DNA of 64,000 nucleotides from Candidatus Lindowbacteria bacterium RIFCSPLOWO2_12_FULL_62_27 (GTDB lineage Bacteria; Lindowbacteria; 2-12-FULL-62-27): NCBI GenBank assembly GCA_001784175.1, contig MFPR01000001.1, positions 124,001 to 188,000 of the forward strand, read 5' to 3'. Shown piece by piece: positions 20,641 to 28,287 of this stretch (position 1 is its first letter; each line of letters starts with the position of its first letter). The notes under the pieces were generated by a model. It saw only the letters and a program-made list of their open reading frames with translations, ran no database searches and was not told where the DNA came from. The position numbers and the translations under genes were made by a program.

Positions 20641-21836
20641 CCCCGCGCCAAAGTGCGAGGGCGGCGGCGATTCTGGCCGGGTGGGTGCTGCCCATGGACC
20701 GCCCGCCCATCCGGGACGGGGGGGTGATCTGGCGGGGCGGACGGATCGTCCGGGTCGGCCGCCGGGCCGACATTTTGAGCCGCCCGGTCCGAATCGCCGC
20801 GGATGCGCCCGACGCCATTCTCATGCCTGGCCTCATCAACGCGCACGCCCACCTCGAACTTTCCCGGCTGGCCGGGAAAATCCCCCGGCTTCCGTTTACC
20901 GACTGGCTCGCCCGGATCGCCGCCGCCCGTCGAACGCTGACGGGCGCGGACATCCGCCGCGGGATTCGCGAAGGGGAGCAGAGGCTCCTTGCGCTTGGCG
21001 TCACATCCGTTGTCGATATTGCAAGTTTCCAGGCCGCGCGCGAAACACCGCGGACGCTGCGCACACGCGTTCTGCACGAAATCGTCGGCCTGCGAAATCC
21101 CGTCCGGATCCCCCGCAAAACTGCCGTCAGCCCCCACGCACCCTATTCCCTCTCGGACTCGAATCTTGACCGGGTCGCCCGTTGGTGGGACCGGCGCCCC
21201 TATGCGTTCGTTTCCATGCACATCGCGGAATCCAATGCCGAAAACTGTTTCTTCAAGTCCGGGACGGGCCCCTTTAAATCATTTTACGCCCGCATGGGCC
21301 TGTCGCCTCGCCCATCACCCGGCCGGCGCGTCGTGGCGCATCTCGATGGCCGGCGACTTTTGCGTCGTGGCCTCCTCGCGGTACACGTCAACGACATCCG
21401 GCCGGCCGAGGCGCGCTTGCTGACTGCCCGGGGCGTGGCCGTGGCGGTCTGCCCGGGATCGCTCGCCTTCTTTGGATTCCCCCGCTCCGGCGTGCGGAGA
21501 CTTATAGAAGCAGGAGCAGCCATTCTTTTCGGGACGGACTCCCTCGCCTCCAACGGCGATTTGAATCTCTTCGCGGAACTCCGCCGCGCCCGGGCGTACT
21601 GGCGGCTGCCGCCCGAGCGGATCATCCGCTCGGCGACACAGGCGCCAGGCCGGTGGATATGGGACGGCCGCGCAGGACGGATCGCCGCCGGCGCATACGC
21701 CGATTTCATCCTCGTCGGCGCCCGCACACGCATGGCCGATCCTTTCTCCGACCTGCTCTCCGGTCACGCCGAGCGCCGGATCCGGCTCCGAGTGGTGGGC
21801 GGCAAAATTTTCGGATTGACACGGTTTTGTCCGTGA
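20637..21836 (+). CDS. amidohydrolase family protein; start uncertain (CTG 20637 or ATG 20693)
   Basis: PGLINAHAHLE, SPHAPYS, HIAES, GTDSLASN, GAYADF. Confidence 0.85.
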   Translation: MTPRQSARAAAILAGWVLPMDRPPIRDGGVIWRGGRIVRVGRRADILSRPVRIAADAPDAILMPGLINAHAHLELSRLAGKIPRLPFTDWLARIAAARRTLTGADIRRGIREGEQRLLALGVTSVVDIASFQAARETPRTLRTRVLHEIVGLRNPVRIPRKTAVSPHAPYSLSDSNLDRVARWWDRRPYAFVSMHIAESNAENCFFKSGTGPFKSFYARMGLSPRPSPGRRVVAHLDGRRLLRRGLLAVHVNDIRPAEARLLTARGVAVAVCPGSLAFFGFPRSGVRRLIEAGAAILFGTDSLASNGDLNLFAELRRARAYWRLPPERIIRSATQAPGRWIWDGRAGRIAAGAYADFILVGARTRMADPFSDLLSGHAERRIRLRVVGGKIFGLTRFCP

Positions 21837-21875
21837 AGTAAGGAGGAGGTATCCGTAACAGGGGAGGAAACACAC

Positions 21876-22550
21876 ATGTCAGTTCCCAAGCGTATTGATA
21901 TTTTTGCCGGACTCAAGGAAAAGGAATTGAAGAAAATCTACCAGCTCGCCATCGAGAAAAATGTCCGCAAGGGCGAGTATGTGTTTCTCCGGGGCACCTT
22001 CGGCAAGGTCCTCTATCTTATTATGGAGGGCCTGATCAAAATTGAGCAGCCGACCGAGCGCGGGAAGGTCAAGACGCTGTCGCTCCTTGGAGCCGGCGAA
22101 TGTTTTGGCGAAATGGCCATCATCACCAACCTGCCGCGCTCCGCCTCCGCGCTGGCCCTCGAGGACTCCACGCTCCTGATGCTGAAACGCGAGGCCTTCC
22201 TGTCGCACATCCAGAGCCATCCCGAGGTGTCGCTGAAGATCATCGAGGTCATGTGCCAGCGGCTGACCGACGCCAACGAACAGATCAAGTCCCTGAGCTA
22301 CGACAGCGTCGCCGCCCGGCTCGCCAACCATCTCGTGTCGCTGGCCGAGAAATTCGGGGAAACCGAGGGCAGCTCCTGGCACATCCGCATCCGCCTCACC
22401 CATCAGGAACTCGCCGACCTTTGCGGCAGCACCCGCGAAATCGTCACCCGCACGCTCAAGCTGTTCTCGGACGAGGGCAGCGTCGAAGTTGATGGAAACC
22501 GCAATCTCTGGATCCGCGATCCACAGAAACTTTCGCAGTGGATAAAGTAG
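21876..22550 (+). CDS. Crp/Fnr family transcriptional regulator
   Basis: FGEMA...PRSA cNMP pocket; THQELADLCGSTREIVTR HTH; GGAGG RBS. Confidence 0.95.
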   Translation: MSVPKRIDIFAGLKEKELKKIYQLAIEKNVRKGEYVFLRGTFGKVLYLIMEGLIKIEQPTERGKVKTLSLLGAGECFGEMAIITNLPRSASALALEDSTLLMLKREAFLSHIQSHPEVSLKIIEVMCQRLTDANEQIKSLSYDSVAARLANHLVSLAEKFGETEGSSWHIRIRLTHQELADLCGSTREIVTRTLKLFSDEGSVEVDGNRNLWIRDPQKLSQWIK

Positions 22551-22551
22551 G

Positions 22552-23376
22552 ATAACGCGCTCCTCCTTACACAACCGCAATTTTAAAATCCAAACCGGCG
22601 TCAGGGCCGTCTATGAGTATTCCGCCCTGCCCTCAACAAACGATCGCGCCAAACTTCTCGCAGTTCAGGGCGCGCCGGACCGGTCCCTCGTCATCACCTC
22701 CCGGCAAACCGCAGGTCGGGGCAGGGGCGGCAACCGCTGGTGGTCCGGCCAAGGATCGCTGACCTTCTCAGTCATTTTCAGGGTGCCGCGCACGTCGATC
22801 GCACTGCAGAATCTCGCTCCGATTTCCCTCGTCGCCGGCCTGTCCGTTGTCCGGACCGTCCGGCGGATTCATCCGGCATGCCCGGTCGCCCTCAAGTGGC
22901 CCAACGACATTTATTCGGGGCCGAAAAAGCTCGGCGGCATCCTGACGGAGAGCAGCGTACGCGCCGGCCGGCCCGCCAACCTGATCGTGGGGGTGGGGCT
23001 GAACGTCAACACAAGGTTCGAGCGTGCGCCGGCGGCCATCCGATCCACTGCAACGTCTCTTTGCCAAGGCACGTCGCCAAGCCATCGCATGGACGAAGCC
23101 CGGGTTCTGGCGTCTGTCTTGAAGGAGCTGTGCAAACTGGTCCGCCAATTCCTCAGAAGCGGATTTCAGCCCCTTTGCGACGAATGGACTTCCTTCGACG
23201 CCGTCCCATTCGGAAGCAGAATCAGCGTCGACGACGGCAATATTAATATGGAAGGACGCTACGAAGGCATTCTTCCGACAGGTGCACTAAAATTGCGTGG
23301 AGAATCGGGCCTCCACACGATCCTCTCCGGCACGCTCCGTCCCGTGGGCGTACTTCCCATAACGCATAAAGTGTAA
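22552..23376 (+). CDS. birA: biotin-protein ligase; non-canonical start; 3' end overlaps the dif/attL site
   Basis: frame open from 22546; PSTN, QTAGRGR..NRW, KWPND, KKLGGIL and GVGLNV motifs, the first two upstream of the ORF-track start at 22783. Confidence 0.88.
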   Translation: MTRSSLHNRNFKIQTGVRAVYEYSALPSTNDRAKLLAVQGAPDRSLVITSRQTAGRGRGGNRWWSGQGSLTFSVIFRVPRTSIALQNLAPISLVAGLSVVRTVRRIHPACPVALKWPNDIYSGPKKLGGILTESSVRAGRPANLIVGVGLNVNTRFERAPAAIRSTATSLCQGTSPSHRMDEARVLASVLKELCKLVRQFLRSGFQPLCDEWTSFDAVPFGSRISVDDGNINMEGRYEGILPTGALKLRGESGLHTILSGTLRPVGVLPITHKV

Positions 23377-24769
23377 ACTTGGTAGATGTATCTGATTGTA
23401 TACTGCTTTTTTCGTTACCTCCTCCCACTGTTGGGATAAGATTTTTTGGTCTGTACCGTTTGAAAACATCCATAACATAACGTTCGTCGGCCATGAGGGA
23501 CCAGGTGGAGTAATGGAGGCGGCCGGTCGGCATTTCCATGACGGGGATCCATTTCTGGGATACGGCCCAATCCAGGCGCTCCTCCGCCTCCGAAAGGTGC
23601 GTGGGCCGGCCGACGCGGCACATGTCGACGAGGTACTCCACGATCATGCGTTCACGCCAGGCGGTGGCGCAGCGATAGACGGCGCGTTCGGCAATCATCT
23701 GCCAGCGCCGGCAGGCGCCGAGTTCCCGGCGGTTGCATTCGAGTTCATGGCGGGCCTCCAGGCAGTCGCCGGCGTTGGCCTGGGCCCATTCGAGGAGGCG
23801 GGTCTTTGATTCGGCCTGGATGTCGTCGACCGACTTCGTCGGGATCCGTTCGAGACGCCGGCGCCAGTCGGCGAGGATGTCGGCTTTCGTTCTGGACGGA
23901 TCCTTGTCCCGGCGCGTGTTCATTTCGGCGGCCTTCGCGTTCGTAGTTGTGAGGAGGGCCTTCCGGATCTGCGCCTGGCGCGTCGAAAACTCCTCCTGGG
24001 CCTCGTGGGATACGAGGTCGGACCGCCACTGGCCATGGGGCATATAGGAGCGCTTGAGGTCGAAGCGGTGGAGGCGGGCGCGCAGTTCGTGCATGTAGAT
24101 TTGTGTCGCCAGATAGGGAAAGTCCCGGAAGTAAAATCGGGCGCCGTGGATGCCCGAAAAATGCGGCGCGCCATTTTTCTCCCACTGCGTGATGTTGAAC
24201 ACCAGCACATGGGAGGACAGGTGCGGATCATACTCGCGTGAGAAGCCGTCACGCAGGATCGAGTAGACCATGTTATCAGTCGATAGATCGACTTGAGTCT
24301 GGCCGCCCTTTCCCATCCTAGCACGAGAGTATCGTATCTCTATTTCCCGCATGGTCGCCAGGACCGCGTCATCATGCGCTGCCGTGATGTCGGCACGGGT
24401 CATATTGCGCGGTAGCTCAAAGCCGTCCATGAGCGCCAGCATGGAGATTGATTTGGGCGCGGAAAAGGCCCAGGAAAAGCAAAGTACCTTGTGTTTTTGC
24501 ACGATCTTTTTGCCGGCGGCGTCACAGCCTTTGAGCAGGTTCACCATGTCGTCCCGGCCAATGGGCTGCCCTTCCTCAAAGCCGAGGTAGGGCGCGGTTT
24601 TGCCGTAGACGCGGACTCCTACGGAGTCATCAGCCTGGTCAAAGTAGTAGTTTGTACTCTTGTCGTAGAAATAATCGGCGATGCCGACCGGGTCCTGTTT
24701 CATCGGGACGCCCCTAAACACGTCCCACCCCAACTTCGAATCGCGCGTTAGCTCCTTTCGGATCGACAA
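23243..24769 (-). CDS. MOBF (TrwC/TraA-like) relaxase: N-terminal half of the att-split relaxase-helicase gene
   Basis: DYF...NYY tyrosines, FSAPKSIS, SREYDPHLSSHVLVFN, FSTRQAQI, TRRDK; reads through attL into 35 host-derived codons. Confidence 0.88.
   Translation of the reverse strand: MSIRKELTRDSKLGWDVFRGVPMKQDPVGIADYFYDKSTNYYFDQADDSVGVRVYGKTAPYLGFEEGQPIGRDDMVNLLKGCDAAGKKIVQKHKVLCFSWAFSAPKSISMLALMDGFELPRNMTRADITAAHDDAVLATMREIEIRYSRARMGKGGQTQVDLSTDNMVYSILRDGFSREYDPHLSSHVLVFNITQWEKNGAPHFSGIHGARFYFRDFPYLATQIYMHELRARLHRFDLKRSYMPHGQWRSDLVSHEAQEEFSTRQAQIRKALLTTTNAKAAEMNTRRDKDPSRTKADILADWRRRLERIPTKSVDDIQAESKTRLLEWAQANAGDCLEARHELECNRRELGACRRWQMIAERAVYRCATAWRERMIVEYLVDMCRVGRPTHLSEAEERLDWAVSQKWIPVMEMPTGRLHYSTWSLMADERYVMDVFKRYRPKNLIPTVGGGNEKSSIQSDTSTKFTLYALWEVRPRDGACRRGSCGGPILHAILVHLSEECLRSVLPY
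23352..23379 (+). other. attL: hybrid dif site with degenerate XerD arm
   Basis: ACTTCCCATAA-CGCATA-AAGTGTAAACT; differs from the attR copy only at TTA->AAG. Confidence 0.9.
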
Positions 24770-24979
24770 AAAAATCCAACCCGCCGGGCGGCGCCGCGCG
24801 CGGGCAGACCGGGGCCGAAGGGGTCAACCCCGGCGAAACGTTATCGGAATGCGATTGGATGCGCTCTGAATCCCCTTCTCTCATTACGCGGAGTGTCTAC
24901 CAGTGATTAAAACAAAATGTCAATAGCCGGCGTGAAAATTGTTTCCATGTGCGGCGCCGTCGAATCCGCGGGACAGCGC

Positions 24980-25008
24980 TTGATTTTCCGGTATACCGCC
25001 GGTATACT
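24980..25008 (+). promoter_or_regulatory. promoter and probable operator of the vapBC pair
   Basis: TTGATT-17-TATACT overlapping two CCGGTATAC repeats and the palindrome CGGTATACCG. Confidence 0.55.
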
Positions 25009-25030
25009 GTCCCTCGAGGAGGTGATCGAC

Positions 25031-25261
25031 ATGAAAAAACAGTCGCTCAACGCCACGTTCACGCTGAAAGTGACGCAGGAAATGAAAAAAGAGCTGGACA
25101 AACTCGGCGCGGACATGCAGAGATCAGCGCTTGAGGAAATGCTCAACGACAAGATCAGGGACAAGTTGATGCGGCGCCTGGACCGGATGAATCGAGGCAT
25201 GAAGCCTCTGGGCGGCCGACCCGTCGGCGAGATCCTTCGGAGGATGCGGGACGGTGGATAG
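25031..25261 (+). CDS. antitoxin (RHH/CopG-like VapB)
   Basis: GGAGGTGA RBS; TFTLKVTQEMKKEL ribbon-helix pattern; overlaps the PIN toxin gene. Confidence 0.75.
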   Translation: MKKQSLNATFTLKVTQEMKKELDKLGADMQRSALEEMLNDKIRDKLMRRLDRMNRGMKPLGGRPVGEILRRMRDGG

Positions 25262-25670
25262 ACTGGTGATGGACGCGAGCGCATGGATCGAGGTCATTTT
25301 GGCGCAGCCACACGCAAAGCTGGTCCGTCCATATATCCATCGCGCGGAATGGTTGGCGCCGTCATGGATCCGGATCGAAGCCGCAAACGTCATCCTGCTC
25401 AAGGCCCGTGAAATGAAACGGCCGGAAATATTGAATCGACTTCAAGATGTCATGAGATTTCCGTTTTACAAAGTTCCGCGGGGCGTATGGTGGCGGGACG
25501 CAATAGAGATGGGGACGCGGCACAGGATCACATTCTATGATGCGGTCTATCTTTCCATCGCGAGGAAATTCAGTCTTGCGCTTCTGACGCTGGACAATCT
25601 TATGAATCGAGCAAGAGAAATCGAGCGCATACCGGCCGTCATCGAGACCATCCAAAAACCGAGAAAATAG
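25254..25670 (+). CDS. vapC: VapC PIN-domain toxin
   Basis: LVMDASA, EAANV, ITFYDAVYLSIA, LLTLD. Confidence 0.9.
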   Translation: MDRLVMDASAWIEVILAQPHAKLVRPYIHRAEWLAPSWIRIEAANVILLKAREMKRPEILNRLQDVMRFPFYKVPRGVWWRDAIEMGTRHRITFYDAVYLSIARKFSLALLTLDNLMNRAREIERIPAVIETIQKPRK

Positions 25671-25681
25671 CGGCGTACAAA

Positions 25682-25703
25682 CCCGTATCCTCGCGGATAC
25701 GGG
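25682..25703. terminator. hairpin between the convergent vapC and virion/lysis genes
   Basis: CCCGTATCC-TCGC-GGATACGGG perfect 9-bp stem; no U-tract. Confidence 0.5.
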
Positions 25704-25725
25704 ACGGGGGGGAAATATGGTCGGA

Positions 25726-25899
25726 TTAGTTGACGGGTTCGACGTCGGACGACACGTCCATGGCCGGCGTCAGTTCAATCGTCCGTTTGACGCCGAATCC
25801 GACGTCGGCCGTGAGGGTGTCGGGGACGAAGCGCCGGGGGCGCAGGAGCAGCCAGGCGAGAAGGAGCGCAAGGAGGATCCACAAAAGATTACGGTTCAT
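25726..25899 (-). CDS. small phage membrane protein (57 aa)
   Basis: MNRNLLWILLALLLAWLLLRPRR N-terminal TM; start overlaps the upstream stop. Confidence 0.65.
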   Translation of the reverse strand: MNRNLLWILLALLLAWLLLRPRRFVPDTLTADVGFGVKRTIELTPAMDVSSDVEPVN

Positions 25900-26135
25900 C
25901 ACGGCGCGGGCGGCGGATAGAGGACCGGATCCGTCGCGCGGGCCCGGGCGCCGGCGGCGTCGAGGATCGTGCAGACGGCGCAGCCGGCGAGCTTGTGGGC
26001 GAGGAGGCGCGGAAATTCCAGCGACATAATCACCGTGCCGTCGGTCGCGGTCGGTTTTTGCGCCAGACAAAAGGCGTCGACCTTCACGTCATTTTCGAAG
26101 TGCGTTCGCGCGGCGTAGACGTAGTTGGTTGCCAT
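25899..26135 (-). CDS. phage hypothetical protein (possible partner of the LamG protein)
   Basis: tightly packed within the phage operon. Confidence 0.55.
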   Translation of the reverse strand: MATNYVYAARTHFENDVKVDAFCLAQKPTATDGTVIMSLEFPRLLAHKLAGCAVCTILDAAGARARATDPVLYPPPAP

Positions 26136-26137
26136 GG

Positions 26138-26914
26138 TCAATGGATGTCGTTTATGAATGGATTGCCGGTGAAATTGAATGTGTTGGCAGTGCCGTTCAC
26201 GATTTCGTTGATGGGTTGATTTCCGCTGAGATTGATGTCGTCATTGAAGCGGCAATTGAAAAGGAGCCCCATTTCCGGCGATGTCAGTTCAGAAAGCATG
26301 TCGCCCTGAAGTTGTGCAATTGTTCTTGCATGGTTGTACAGACGGACATCATCCATGAGTCCGTTAAAAAAATGGCTGTTGCCGTAAACCGAACCGACCC
26401 GCCAATTCCATCCGATGTTTCCGGGCAGACTGTTCCCGTGCGAACCACTAAACACGGCGTTGAAATAAAATGAAACATTACCCGCCGCCCTTACCTGGCT
26501 TACGTATGTCCAGATATTGAGCGGCACGACGCCGCTCGATTTCAGGCCCGTCAAGTTGTCGTTGAGAAATCTGTTTTGGTCGATCAACAATCCCACAAAA
26601 CTTGACGATCCGCCGTCGACGGATGTGACCGTATAATTCGCGCCGGCAGGCGGCGGCGTAATAATTTTGATCCATCCCGAAATTGTATAATCATTCAAAG
26701 TCGCCGCAAGCGTAAACGGCGACTGGACAAACGAATCGACGCCGTCAAACATGAGGGACTTGTTTAATTGCGTCTCCAGTTTAAGTACAAGCTCATCATT
26801 GACAAATTTAAATTGCTGGTTGCTGACTTCGGATATGAATTTATGACGGAAGGCCGTGCGGCGGTTGCCGAGTTCATCGACAAGAGTCGGCGGCGGGTTG
26901 ATGATCTGGCCCAT
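26138..26914 (-). CDS. LamG/concanavalin-like domain protein, putative receptor-binding protein
   Basis: SLMFDGVDSFV, YTISGWIK, WTYVSQV, FNGLMDDVRLYNHART; TAATG coupling to the upstream gene. Confidence 0.8.
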   Translation of the reverse strand: MGQIINPPPTLVDELGNRRTAFRHKFISEVSNQQFKFVNDELVLKLETQLNKSLMFDGVDSFVQSPFTLAATLNDYTISGWIKIITPPPAGANYTVTSVDGGSSSFVGLLIDQNRFLNDNLTGLKSSGVVPLNIWTYVSQVRAAGNVSFYFNAVFSGSHGNSLPGNIGWNWRVGSVYGNSHFFNGLMDDVRLYNHARTIAQLQGDMLSELTSPEMGLLFNCRFNDDINLSGNQPINEIVNGTANTFNFTGNPFINDIH

Positions 26915-27114
26915 TACTTCTCCCGTCCCTGGGCCAGGCTGATCGTGAGGAGAAGATCGTTCGCGTGTTTGATCTCCTTTTCGAGTTCGGCGATTTTCTC
27001 GTTGAATCTGAATTCCATCTTTTGCAGCCGCGTGTAAAAGTAGAATCCCAGCGCGACGACGGCCGGGGAGGACTGCGCGGCCTGGATGAGAAAGCGTACC
27101 AGCGCCTCCTCCAT
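26914..27114 (-). CDS. holin-like protein (one TM plus coiled coil)
   Basis: 66 aa, N-terminal hydrophobic helix, coupled to the transglycosylase gene. Confidence 0.5.
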   Translation of the reverse strand: MEEALVRFLIQAAQSSPAVVALGFYFYTRLQKMEFRFNEKIAELEKEIKHANDLLLTISLAQGREK

Positions 27115-27722
27115 TATGCCGCCACCTTCCGGTAAAATTCCATGACGCGGTCCACGTACTTCTGATTGACATAGGTATTTTCGACGTAGTTCGGATGCGA
27201 AGCCGCCGGCCGGCCCTGCCAGGTGTCGGAGAAGAATTTGCCGTCGTCGGCGTGGACGACGCGGCCGCCGGCGAATTTCAGGGCGCTGCCGGCATTGTAA
27301 GACGCGGCGACATGTTCCGTCACGCCCTTGTAGCGCCGGGTCTGCCGGCCGATGTAGAGGCCGGCCAGGTCGGCGGATACGGACGGATCGAAAAGATCGT
27401 CGAGCTTGACCGAAGGGCGCAATTCCTCGGCCGTGGTGTTGAGCATCTGAAAGAGTCCCGCGGAAGCCACGCGCCGGCCGGCCCGGGCCGTCAGGTTCTT
27501 TTCCTCAAGGACCGCCGCCGGATCGCCGGAGGACTCGACCTTGAGAATGGAGAGCATGAGGGCCGGATCCACGCCGTGTTTGTCGGCCGCAAGCTCGACC
27601 AGGGGGATCCATCGGTCGATGTTCACAAAGCCGGAGGGTTTCACGCGGGTCACAGACGGCCGCCTAGAGCGGGTGGCAACAATCCAGATAAAAACGGCGG
27701 CGAGCGCGAGAGGGATATACAC
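27114..27722 (-). CDS. SLT-type lytic transglycosylase with N-terminal TM anchor
   Basis: HGVDPALMLSILKVESSG, AGLFQML, AASYNAG, YVDRV. Confidence 0.9.
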   Translation of the reverse strand: MYIPLALAAVFIWIVATRSRRPSVTRVKPSGFVNIDRWIPLVELAADKHGVDPALMLSILKVESSGDPAAVLEEKNLTARAGRRVASAGLFQMLNTTAEELRPSVKLDDLFDPSVSADLAGLYIGRQTRRYKGVTEHVAASYNAGSALKFAGGRVVHADDGKFFSDTWQGRPAASHPNYVENTYVNQKYVDRVMEFYRKVAA

Positions 27723-27737
27723 GGCGGCGCCGGCGGC

Positions 27738-28286
27738 TCATTCGTTGACTTCCAGGACGGCGACAGTCTGGGCGGCGGCGCCGGGGTTGAACACATAGAC
27801 GGCCGCCGTGGTCGTCAGGGACACGGCGCCGGCCGGGGGGAGGGGATAGCCCCGGCCGGTGGCCGCCGCCGAATCGCCGACCCGGAGGGTTTCAACGTTC
27901 GTGTCGAGGCTTGCGACGATGATTTCTTTTCGGGTCGCGTTAACGGCCTTCACGAGCACGGTTGCGCCGGCCGGCAGGGACACGTCCGTGGACGACACGA
28001 GCGTCTGACCGCTCGTCACCGTCACGTCTCCGGTCAGGACGAACCGGGTAAAGTCGCCGAATCCGGCCGTCACGGTGATCTGCACGTCGGCGCCGGTGGG
28101 GTTGGTGATGCGGAAACTTTCGTAGGGCCGTTCGGACCGGCGGGCGTCGCCCTCCTTCATGTCGGTGATGTCGCCGTTGATTTCGACGTTGACGATCGCC
28201 GTCGATGCCTTCATGTGGATGAAATCGCCGGTCACGGCAAAGTCACTGCCGGCGCCGGCCGCAATCGTTCTCGTAAAGTCTTTCAT
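27738..28286 (-). CDS. putative penton/spike protein (beta-rich)
   Basis: beta-strand-rich; occupies the position of PM2 spike P1. Confidence 0.55.
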   Translation of the reverse strand: MKDFTRTIAAGAGSDFAVTGDFIHMKASTAIVNVEINGDITDMKEGDARRSERPYESFRITNPTGADVQITVTAGFGDFTRFVLTGDVTVTSGQTLVSSTDVSLPAGATVLVKAVNATRKEIIVASLDTNVETLRVGDSAAATGRGYPLPPAGAVSLTTTAAVYVFNPGAAAQTVAVLEVNE

Positions 28287-28287
28287 C

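Noticed and set aside
1734-22580. Many long minus-strand and alternative-frame ORFs (e.g. 1734-3674, 3581-5419, 14760-16874, 16881-18599)
   Set aside because: Shadows of well-supported genes in high-GC DNA; no recognisable motifs.
22620-22730. KOPS-like octamers near dif
   Set aside because: GGGCAGGG and its reverse complement both occur within about 100 bp, so no polarity can be claimed by eye.
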